Source: Octopus sinensis (lineage: Eukaryota). Taken from it: 64,000 bases of DNA. The stretch is from the NCBI RefSeq assembly GCF_006345805.1, contig NC_043005.1:60884001-60948000 (forward strand), written 5' to 3'. The notes beneath the pieces are model-generated. The model saw only the letters and a program-made list of their open reading frames with translations. It was not told the DNA's origin and did not search any database. The translations under genes were made by a program, and so were the position numbers. This document shows positions 1-10,348 of the stretch, piece after piece (the stretch's first letter is position 1; each line of letters opens with the position of its first letter).

Positions 1-68
1 TCTCTTGTCCGCCTTTGTGTCGTCTGTCTGTCCGAATATTTTAATGTCCTTCATTGCGTTTTTATTGC

Positions 69-151
<83 letters not shown>

Positions 152-377
152 CATCATAATATATTATAATATACCCCATTATATATATACGCTCGCACAC
201 GTATACTCATAAATATGAATATATACTTCCCCTCAAAATACACACACATCTGCACACACACGCATACAATTAAACTAACAAGCAAACAAAGAACTTATGC
301 AAAGTTAGTGTTTAAGTAAATGTTGTTTTTTTTTGGTGAAAGATATTATTGCCGCTGTTGGTGTTCTTTCACCATAG

Positions 378-588
378 ATCTTCCATAATAAAGGTGTCTT
401 ATGATGAAACTAATTTCGACTGTGGCATTCTCATTATTTTCCTGTGTCTAGAGAACTCAGGACATTATCCAAACTATGGGATGTTAGGCTGTGATTTTAA
501 CGGAAATTGGACGGATTGGATTCCAGAATGTCGACCGATTCCGCAGATGCTGAGGATGTTTATGGTGGTGGTTATAATTCTGACGTAG
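378..588 (+). CDS. Candidate exon (or pseudo-exon) encoding most of a Sushi/CCP/SCR domain followed by a short hydrophobic C-terminus
   Basis: Translation ...NFDCGILIIFLCLENSGHYPNYGMLGCDFNGNWTDWIPECRPI matches Sushi C2..C3-x3-G-x-W-x4-P-x-C4 spacing exactly. A pyrimidine-rich acceptor (ttctttcaccatag) ends at 377. The frame runs to TAG at 586-588 through PQMLRMFMVVVIILT. The first Sushi Cys is not in frame and no strong donor was seen. Confidence 0.6.
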
Positions 589-804
589 TATAGTAGTAGT
601 ATTGAGAAAAGCGTATAGGGTTAAAAGTGTAAAGAGCCCCTTCGGTCATGACAGGCCATGGGATTGCACCTAGAAAGTTCTCCTCCAAAGCACAATTCTC
701 GGCAAGTTTGTTTGTGGAAAAAAAGAGAGATAAGAAGGAAAAGAAAGAAAAGAAAAAACTATGGGATGGGGTAACAGCAGAAAATGAAGGGAAAGGGGAA
801 GATG

Positions 805-1110
805 GATCACATACTCCAGAATGACTATGATGGTGTCCCCACGGAGAATGGCCAGCAAAACTCACTGCAGCAGCCACTGAACTTCGCGGGATTCATTTCA
901 CCGACGGACCGACGTTATCCATATTTTGCGAAGGAAATTCGTAGTACGGTGTTCCAGAACACCTGACGACTCAACGGCGACCGGGACACACTGATAGCGG
1001 TCGGTCAGGACCCTATGTTTACTGAGAAGCGGGCGGCGACACCGGGTTTGCAGCCGATGCTGAAAGGTTGTTGCCAGAGAAGGTGTCGGTGCACTGCGTG
1101 TCCCAAATTC
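805..1110 (-). mobile_element. CRE-like non-LTR retrotransposon, decayed 3' end (restriction-like endonuclease region)
   Basis: Frameshifted minus-strand translation WDTQCTDTFSGNNLSASAANP/GVAA...KHRVLTDRYQCVPVAVESSGVLEHRTTNFLRKI.../ESREVQWLLQ*VLLAILRGDT follows the CRE-clade C-terminal pattern WD.TC.DT...KY......F.P.AVET.G......FL..I...L.QR.S.AI.RGN. Confidence 0.8.
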
Positions 1111-1654
1111 AACAGTAATTACTCGGTTAAATGTGAATTTGTTGTCGGAGTAAACACAGAAGAGTTGCAGTTTTAGAAGCAGTTTTCCATAATTATTTCC
1201 ATACTGGCTGAGTTTTGAAGCGGTTTTCAAATTTACAAGGCAGTTGACCTTGAAAACAATGCAATATTTCCTTTTCTCTCTGAAATAACTACATCGGATT
1301 TATTATGTTTACACTTAGCAGAAATGTTGACTGAAATTTTCTACCAATATCCCTTATGTCGACGTTTTGTATTTCTTCTAGATGGTATTTTGTCCTGAAA
1401 ATAACATTATATCACATTGGATATATATTTGGTCATGTGTAATGTCCTTTACCTATGTGTACGTGAGAATGTTTATATGTATGTACATATACTTTTTTTT
1501 TATTTGTTTCAGTCATTTGTAAAGCAGCCATGCTGGAGTACTGCCTTGAAAATATATGTGCTTGTGTGTGTTAATGTGCGCACGTGTATATATATATATA
1601 TATACACACACATACATACATGCATATAAATAGTACACATACGCAGCGATAGAA

Positions 1655-1910
1655 AGCATTACTCAAAACCAAAAATATGAAAGTTTTACCATCCTTTGTG
1701 ATATAATATTATTTTCAAAACAAAATACTCTACCATCTATAGGAAAGGCTCGGCTGTTGCTGGACAAATACATGTTTGTCAACACAAGGGATATTGGTGG
1801 AACATTCTTAGCAAAATTGCTGGCAAGTTTAAACATAATAAACCCGGTATAGTTATTGTAGTCATAAAGAAAATTCTGTACATTTAGAGTTGAGATGTGT
1901 AAATATGAAA
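1655..1910 (+). mobile_element. Dong/R4-like (RLE) LINE fragment
   Basis: Frame gives KTKYSTIYRK...QIHVCQHKGYWWNILSKIAGKFKHNKPGIVIV, matching the R4/Dong ...KEYWWN..IKT..K..HNKPDIVIWD region. Homologous to the 49330-49900 fragment. Confidence 0.7.
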
Positions 1911-2019
1911 GACTCATAAACAATCATGCACGCACACACATACATTCACGCACGCACGCACACACACACATGCACACACAAACACATACACATGCACACG
2001 CGCGAACACACACACAAAC

Positions 2020-2057
<38 letters not shown>

Positions 2058-2060
2058 TTA

Positions 2061-2208
2061 AGGAGTGTCTGTATGGTAAAAAGCTTGCTTTCCAACCACA
2101 TGGTTCCGGGTACATTCTAACTGCGTGGCATCTTGGGCAAGTATCTTCTACTATAGCCTCGGGCCTACAAAAGCCTTGTGTGAATAGATTTGGTAAACAG
2201 AAACTGAA
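2061..2208 (+). mobile_element. tRNA-derived SINE family B, 5' part, truncated by a fold-back element
   Basis: aggagtgtctgtatggtaaaaagcttgc...ggcaagtatcttctactatagcctcggg...gaaactgaaa, homologous to the full copy at 52262-52675. Confidence 0.8.
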
Positions 2209-2360
2209 ATATAAGAAGAGAAGGGAAAAGAACAGGGCCTCGAGATGAGGAAATAAGGTTTAATATATTTGAATCATATCATTTTGCAGTGTAACGCTTG
2301 AAGTCGACTTTTGCGAACCTAAAATATATATATATATAATATATATAATAAATTTTAAAA

Positions 2361-2400
<40 letters not shown>

Positions 2401-2910
2401 TTTAATAAAGCCTGTCTTTGTATGAAACATTGTACTAAAAACTAATCCATTCTTGTTGCTTCTTTCTCGTATATATATATATATATATATATATATACGA
2501 GATATATATAGCACGAGAATGGAAGTGTTTTTTTAGTACAATTGTTTCATACAAAGACAGGCTTTATTAAAAGTTTTAATAAGCCTGTCTTGTATGAAAC
2601 AATTGTACTAAAAACTAATCCATTCTTGTTGCTTCTTTCTCGTTTATAATCACCCCCCACTTACTGTATGGTTAACACCATATAGTTTTTGGTTGCATCT
2701 AAGTTAAGTACCGCATTCAAGTGAATTCATTAGAATTGACTTGAATCTTAATTGCTTATATATATATATATATATCTATTATATATATTATATATTCGGC
2801 AAAAGTCGATCGACTTCATGCGTTACACTGCAAAATGGTATGATTCAAATATATTAAACCATATTTCCTCATCTCGAGGCCATGTTCTTTTCCCTTCTCA
2901 TCTTATATTT
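2207..2910. mobile_element. Fold-back/MITE-like element with ~110 bp terminal inverted repeats
   Basis: 2207-2317 is the near-exact reverse complement of 2795-2910 (gggaaaagaaca.ggcctcgagatgaggaaata.ggtttaatatatttgaatcata.cattttgcagtgtaacgc). Confidence 0.75.
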
Positions 2911-3108
2911 TATATATTTGCCTTCACTCCATGTATCAGATCAGATGTGCTATAGAATATGACGAATATTATTCTCAGAAAAAGCGCCGAGGGACATTGG
3001 AAGTAGAAACAGCTGTTAGATATGTTAACGTTTTTGCATTAAAACATAATAAGCGATATTAGTCAATAATTTGTTTGTTGATCAAGAATTTTCTCCATTT
3101 CATGCGTA

Positions 3109-3154
<46 letters not shown>

Positions 3155-3160
3155 TATATA

Positions 3161-3217
<57 letters not shown>

Positions 3218-3241
3218 CACATATATATATTATATATATAG

Positions 3242-3273
<32 letters not shown>

Positions 3274-3339
3274 CTATATGTATATCTATATGTATGTATG
3301 TATGTATGTATATTTGTATGTATGTATTTGTTGTTCGTG

Positions 3340-3525
3340 CCTGTTTTTCCCTTCACTATCGCTTGAAAACAGATGTGTGTTTACGTCCTCGTCACTTAGC
3401 GGTTCGACAACAAGTGACCGATAGAATAAGTACTAAGCTTACAAAGAATAAGTCCTGGGTCGCCTTGTTCGACTAAAGGTGGTGCTCCAGCATGGCCGCA
3501 GTCAAATGACTGAAACAATTAAAAT
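3340..3525 (+). mobile_element. SINE family B, 3' half
   Basis: tttacgtcctcgtcacttagcggttcg...gaccgatagaataagtactaagcttacaaagaataagtcc...ccagcatggccgcagtcaaatgactgaaac. Confidence 0.8.
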
Positions 3526-3588
3526 AATATATAAAAGATATATAAAAATAACATATATATAAAAGATATATATATATATATTAATATA

Positions 3589-3629
<41 letters not shown>

Positions 3630-3639
3630 ATGTATTTCT

Positions 3640-4012
3640 CTTACTTTTCTCAGTCATTACAATGCGGGCATGCGGGTGGCACCGCCTTGAAGTACTTTTA
3701 GTTGAATGTTTCGAACCAAGGTCTTATTATTTAAAGTCTGTTACTTATTCTATCGGGCTCTTTTGCCGAACCGCCTGGTTATGAGGACGTAAACACACCA
3801 GTGCTTGTTACCAAACGGTGTGCACGGGGGACAAATGCAGATATAGAGAGACACATAAATATAGATATATATGCATATATACAGGTTTCTTTCAGTTTCC
3901 GTCCACCGAATCCACTACTCACAAGGGTTGGTCAGCTGGAGGCTATAGTAGAAGACACTTGCCGAAGTTGACTCGCAGCGAGACTGAACCGGAACCATAT
4001 GGTTGGAACGGG
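3640..4012 (-). mobile_element. SINE family B, diverged near-full copy
   Basis: Reverse complement of the family B body, from the cagtcatt.. tail to gaaccatatggttgg in the head. Confidence 0.8.
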
Positions 4013-4439
4013 CAGCAGAAGCCGCATGAATGAGGTGGAGCGATAGCAGCTCTCTAATACCCCTAGATTTCCGAGGCCGCATGTGGGCTACACTGGAAAT
4101 ATCAGCTGGTGTCAATTCCGCAGACCGAGAGGGCGGGGAAATCTTTGAAGCACCTTCGGTGATAACGATCGGGGACTGGAATCAAACCGTGAACCAGGAA
4201 TTCCCGAGAATCAAGGATTTGAGATTAAATGTATTTCTGTATACACGGATATATGTCAGTATGTATATATGGCATATCATCGTGAACAATACCTTCGACT
4301 CGTGTTAAATAAACACACCTACAAAACAGAAAACGAAAATAAGAAAACTATTTTAAGTAAAGTTTTAAAATGACATGGTTATGTCTTTTTAAGTTTAGTT
4401 TTCAACTATGTGAATATCAACAACTGCAAGTATGATACT

Positions 4440-5338
4440 GATTTCAAATTTTTGTCACAAGTTCTGCATTTTAGGGAAGGGGATAACTCGATTACATCGA
4501 CCCCAGCGTTCATCTGGTAAATTGCTCATCGTCCCCGAAGGGATGACAAGCAAAGTCGACCCTGGCAGCATTTGACTGTAAAATGAGAAGAAATGTCGTA
4601 TTTTTGTGCCGGCACCTAGCGCTAAGCAAGAATAATAATGGCTTAAAATTTTGTTACAACGCTTGCGGCCTTATGTGAGGGATATGTCGATTACATCGCC
4701 CTTACTGCTGAAATGATGAATATTTTATCGAACCCGAATTGATAAAATGGTAAAGTTAATCACGATGGGATTTGAACTCAGAACAAAACAAGTCGGAAGA
4801 AATTCCGCTAAACGATTTTTCGCATGCAGAAACGATTCGCCAGCTTACCGTTTTAACAAAAAACAACAACAACAACAACAACAATAGGCAGAAGGCAGGA
4901 ATTTTGGGGCAGAGACCTGTCGATTACATCGGTTTCAGTGGGTAACTGGTAGTTATTTAATCGACCTCGAAAGAATGAAATCAGCCTCGGCAGTATTTGA
5001 ACTCAGAACAGTAAGACGGACGAAATAACACAAAGCATCTTGCACGGCGTGATAACACTTCTGCCAGCTCACCGCCTTAGCAATAATAATAACCCTTTGT
5101 AATAAAGGCACAAGGCCTAAAATTTTGAGGGCTGGTGTAAGTCTGATATATCGATCCCAGTGTTTCACTGGTATTTAATTTATCAACCTTGAACGGCAAA
5201 GTCAACCTCAGTGGAATTTGTCCTCAGAACATCTTTAAAACAGAAGAACTGCCGCTAAGCATTTTACCCGGGGTGCAAACGGTTCTGCCAGCTCGCCGCC
5301 TTAACAATAATATAATAATAATAATAATAATAATAATG

Positions 5339-5372
<34 letters not shown>

Positions 5373-5375
5373 TAA

Positions 5376-5427
<52 letters not shown>

Positions 5428-6700
5428 AGGGTTTGAGTTGGCGAGCTGGCGGAATCGTTAGCACGCCGAGGAAAATGCTTAGCGGCAATTTGTACTCTTT
5501 ACGTTCTGTTTTCAAATTCCACCGAGATCGACTTTGCCTTTCATCTTTATCGGGGTCGATGAATTTAGTACCAGTGAACCGATGGGGTCGATGTAATCGA
5601 CTAGCCCCCTTTGCCAAAAGTTCAGGCCTTGTGCCCATAGTAGAAAGTGTTATTATGATAAGGTTTAAAATTTTGGCATAAGGCCAGCAATTCTAAAGGA
5701 TGCGACCATAGAAAGTCGACCTTATTACATGAATGATACTTTATTTTATAGATACCGAAAGAATGAAAGACAAAGTTTTGAACTCAGAACGTATAAAGAT
5801 ACATCAAATGATATAAGGTATTTTGCTGACGCTGAAGCTATTCCGCAAGCTCACCGCCTTTAATAACTTCTAATTTTGAGGGGTAGGAGTTAGGTGATAA
5901 TATCGATTCCAGTATATGAGAGGTATCAACCCAGGAGAGACGAAAAGCAATGTTGATCTTGACGCGTTTTGAACTCAGCATATACAGATGAATAAGAAAA
6001 TAAATTTTCCAGTATGCTGGCGTTTCTGCCAGTTCGCCATCCTTAAAATAGTTATCTCTAACTAAGGCATATCACCAGAACTTTGCATGAAGTGTATGAC
6101 CGACAGTGACGGCTCCAGTACAAGTGAAACACTTGTACTTTATTTTATTGACCCGAAAATATTGAAATTTGGTACTTATTTTATCAACCCCGAAAGGATG
6201 AAAGGCAAAGTGGACCTCGGCGAAATTTGAACTCAGAATGTGAAGACGGACGAAATACCTATTTCTTTACTACCCACAAGGGGCTAAACACAGATGGGGC
6301 CGAACAAGGACAGACAAACGGATTAAGTCGATTATATCGACTCCAGTACGTAACTGGTACTTAATTTATCAACCCCGAAAGGATGAAAGGCAAAGTCGAC
6401 CTCGGCAGAATTTGAACTCAGAACGTAGCGGCAGACGAAATACCACTAAGCAATTTTACCCGGCCTGGAAACGATTCTGCCCGTTTGCTGTCTTGCTTTG
6501 ATCCGAAAATATTAAAAGCAGAATTTACGCCAGCGAGATTTGAAACTGGAACGTAGACCTTAATATTATTTATCCGACGTTCTAACGATTCTAGCCATCC
6601 TCACCCCACACAAATAATAATTGTTTCCATCATAAGCACAAGACTTGAAATCTGGCGGACAGAGTCAGTCAATTAAATTGCCTACGGTACATGTTGGCGC
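4440..6700. mobile_element. Cluster of roughly ten SINE family A copies (mostly minus, one plus copy at ~5436-5650) with (AAT)n/(ATT)n spacers
   Basis: The motif tcgattacatcgacccc..ctggtac...atcgaccccgaaaggatgaaaggcaaagtcgacctcggc..atttgaactcagaac..gattctgccagctcgccgcc recurs about every 180-230 bp. The copy at ~6260-6490 is less diverged and has the alternative tail. Confidence 0.85.
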
Positions 6701-7089
6701 TATAATTTGTAGACACCTGAAAGATGATAGGAAAAGTCACATTCGCCGTCTCTTCACCGCGTAATCACGGAGACGCTAAACATTAAAAAGATAATAACGA
6801 TGAGAAAAGTAACAGCGTAGAGAATAAAAGTTACGATGAGCAGCATTGCAGCAATGTGTTGAGTTTTACAGAGATAGTGGTAATGATTTCTTGCCACAAG
6901 GTCTGAACTAGCACTACGTTAGAATACAATGCAATTGGCGCAATGTATACAAATTGAATAGAGAAGAAAACGTATAATTGCAGCAGGGAAATAAACGTTT
7001 ATTAGAGAAAAAAAATCAATGAAAAATATAACAGTGGGCACAGTACATATACATACAAACGTACATATAGGCACACACAGAGTACATAC

Positions 7090-7125
<36 letters not shown>

Positions 7126-7283
7126 GATACGCAGATATTACGTACTCAGAAAACACACACCACACACACACACACACGCACATACACACGCACAAGAAAT
7201 ATACATATGCACAAATATAGACAAATGAATGGAACTGATGAGGACGGTGACATTGATGACAATGAAGTCGAGGTTGATTCTCC

Positions 7284-7315
<32 letters not shown>

Positions 7316-7467
7316 TTGCTGCTGCCACGAATGATGATGATATTAATGATGGTGCTTACTACGACAGCAATAATAGGGTGATGATGCACGAACAACACAA
7401 CACACACACACACGAGGCACACATAGATATATATATGTATACATATACATATATATATGTTGTGTGG

Positions 7468-7509
<42 letters not shown>

Positions 7510-7609
7510 TATATATGTATGTATACATATATAAATTCTTGTCAGTACAAATATCTATCTACATAAGTCTTGTGAGACACGCATATACACACACATACGT
7601 ATGTATGTA

Positions 7610-7640
<31 letters not shown>

Positions 7641-7641
<1 letters not shown>

Positions 7642-8012
7642 CTCTTTTACTCTTTTACTTGTTTCAGTCATTTGACTGCGGCCATGCTGTCGCACCGCAT
7701 GACTTATTCTTTCTAAGCCTAATACTTATGCCATCGGTCTCTGTTTACCGAACGTTACGGGGACGTAAACACACCACAATCGGTTGCCAAGCTATGTTGG
7801 GGGGACAAACACAGACACACAAACATATACACACACATATATATATACATATATACGACAGGTTTCTTTCAGCTTCTGTCTAACAAATCCACTTACAAGG
7901 CATTGGTCGGCCCGAGGCTATAGCAGAAGACAGTTGCCCAAGGTGTCACGCAGTGGGAATGAACCCGGAACCATGTGGTTGTTAAGCAAGCTACTTACTA
8001 CACAGCCACTCT
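7641..8012 (-). mobile_element. SINE family B, full-length copy
   Basis: Starts actcttttactcttttacttgtttcagtc (tail) and ends ...gctacttactacacagccactc (tRNA-like head). Embedded in (TA)n. Confidence 0.9.
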
Positions 8013-8089
8013 TGTTCCTATATATACATACATTTATATATATGTGTGTGTACATATATATGTATAGACAGAAAGAAAGACAGTTTATA

Positions 8090-8133
8090 TAGATAGATAG
8101 AAAGAGAGAGAAAGAGAGAGAGAGAGAGAGAGG

Positions 8134-8179
<46 letters not shown>

Positions 8180-8215
8180 TAGATATATAGATAGATAGAT
8201 AGATAGATAGATATC
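8090..8215. repeat. (GA)n/(GATA)n microsatellite
   Basis: Direct inspection. Confidence 0.95.
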
Positions 8216-9036
8216 AAACGTATCAATATATCTCATTAAAAAATGGGTGAGTTAAACAACGACAATTTAATAAGATAATATAATGTTTCAGCAACAAATA
8301 ATATAATACCGGTACTTAATTTACCGAAATGCGTGTATGTTTTATTAAGCAAAATATCTGGTATATGGTTTCTAAATTTTGTAAATACTATTACAGCTAT
8401 AGTAGAAGACACTTGCCCATGGTGCCATGCAGTGGGGCTGAATTCGGAGCTAGGCGAGTGAATTTATGTTATAAAACCGTTAAAGCACTCAGAGCATTTG
8501 TCCTTGCGTTCAGTACAATGAATTACAATTCCGTCAAAGTTATCAGTGCCTTTCGTATTTTCGACGTCGATGGCATACTATCACAGTCGAACCCGCTTGC
8601 CCCGCAGCATATATGTCGGTTGTTTCTTTTGTAAGTTCAAATCCCCTTTGGCTAATAAAGTGGGTAGACTTCACACCACTACCGTACAATTCGGGTGTTC
8701 TTAGCTGAATGGTCACTATTGCAAGAATTCAGGCATGGTTTCCTGTTTGAAAATTCTTCCGAGAGAGACAGAGAGATTAGGAGCAGGAAGTTGCAAAAAT
8801 ATTTTTGTGTTATTTATTCACCGTTACACGGTATTTTATTCTATGTCAGAAGAATATCTGATAGGAAATTTCTTTCATGTTTATCTAGCATGTACACTTT
8901 TATAATTCCTATCAGCAAACGAAACAAATGTAATGGTGAATAAACAGTACAAAATTATTTTTCCAGCTTCCTAATTTGATATAAAATAACTGTACTACGT
9001 ATTTCTAGAATTTTCAATCCTAATAAAGTACTTCAC

Positions 9037-9142
9037 AGAAACATAACCACTACGTACTCGATTATAATACTGCAATAAGCAAATAAGCCTTAAGAGGTCA
9101 CAGTTTGTATTTTAAGCCTACCAACATTGAATATATATATAT

Positions 9143-9176
<34 letters not shown>

Positions 9177-9268
9177 AATGTTGGTAGGGTTAAAACAAAA
9201 GCTGTGACCTATTGAGGCTTATCTGGTTATTCTAGTATGATAATCCAGTACATAGTGGTTATATTTCT
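9037..9268. repeat. Imperfect inverted repeat, ~90 bp arms around a (TA)n loop (MITE-like)
   Basis: 9037-9129 pairs with 9176-9268 (e.g. aggtcacag/ctgtgacct, ctaccaacattg/caatgttggtag, aaccacta/tagtggtt). Confidence 0.8.
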
Positions 9269-9416
9269 CTGAGTGGGTCATCATAATCATTATCATCATC
9301 AACCTCATCATCATCATCGTCGTCGTCGTCGTCAAACTCATCATTTTCTCTTGCTAGGGTTCTAGAAAATGATGTGTTGTAAATGGACTACAAGAAACAG
9401 TAAGCGATTGTAAATT

Positions 9417-9454
<38 letters not shown>

Positions 9455-9548
9455 ACAACACCTACATATATATATATATATATATATAATATATATATAG
9501 ATATTATATAATATATATATACACGTATGTATGTACATATGCATGAAA

Positions 9549-9579
<31 letters not shown>

Positions 9580-9699
9580 CACCATTCAATACATACATGC
9601 ATACATATATATACATATATACACCCACACACACACATTATATATATTATATATATATATATATATACACGCATATAACTATATAATATATATATTTTA

Positions 9700-9899
9700 T
9701 TCTTTTATTTCTTTCAGTCATTTGACTGCGGCCATGCTGAAACACTGCCTTAATCGAAGAAATCGATTCCAGGACCTATTCTTTGTAAGTGTAGTACTTT
9801 TTCTATCGGTCTTTTGCCGAACCGGTAAGATACGAGGACGTAAGCACACCAACATCGATTGTCAAGCGATGGTGCGGGGACAAACGCAGACACAGACTG

Positions 9900-9900
<1 letters not shown>
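9700..9900 (-). mobile_element. SINE family B, 3' half
   Basis: tttcagtcatttgactgcggccatgctg...cttttgccgaaccg...ggacgtaagcacacc...gggacaaac. Confidence 0.85.
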
Positions 9901-9952
<52 letters not shown>

Positions 9953-10007
9953 AACAGTTTTTGTGATATTTCTGCTGCTTTTTAATAAAGTATATTACTC
10001 TACGGCT

Positions 10008-10242
10008 AAGGCGGCGAGCTGGCAGAATCGTTAGCACGCCGGGCGAAATGCGTAGCCGTATTTCGTCTGCCGTTACCTGTTCTGGGTTCAAATTCCCGCC
10101 GAGGTCGACTTTGCCTTTCATCCTTTCGGGGTCGATAAAATAAGTACCAGTTACTTCTGGGGTCGATGTAATCGACTTAATCCCTTTGTCTGTCCTTGTT
10201 TGTCCCCTCTATGTTTAGCCCCTTGTGGGTAGTAAAGAAATA
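10008..10242 (+). mobile_element. SINE family A, full-length copy with 17-bp target-site duplication
   Basis: aaggcggcgagctggcagaatcgttagc...ggttcaaattcc (Pol III A/B-box-like)...gtagtaaagaaata, flanked by an exact repeat tatattactctacggct at 9991-10007 and 10243-10259. Confidence 0.93.
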
Positions 10243-10312
10243 TATATTACTCTACGGCTGTATTCGAGTACTATTTTCTCCACCTTGTTTCGCATTTATG
10301 AGCTTACTCCGG

Positions 10313-10348
<36 letters not shown>

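Noticed and set aside
1700-1830. CQHKGYW looked like a second Sushi motif
   Set aside because: The continuation YWWNI..K..HNKP.IVI identifies it as a Dong/R4 LINE remnant.
4440-6700. Regularly recurring motif that could suggest a CRISPR-like or satellite array
   Set aside because: Units are ~200 bp SINE copies of unequal divergence and mixed orientation in eukaryotic DNA; there is no repeat-spacer structure.
7207-7400. ORF with acidic stretch and poly-Ala; also a CTGATGA at ~7234
   Set aside because: Degenerate GAT/GCT trinucleotide repeats; no stem II or GAAA follows the CTGATGA.
8540-8742. Minus-strand Sushi-like reading (..FISQRGFEL..CGASG..MP..)
   Set aside because: Needs two frameshifts and substitution of several invariant Cys/Trp residues, so it is over-fitting. 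The plus-strand exon model is simpler.
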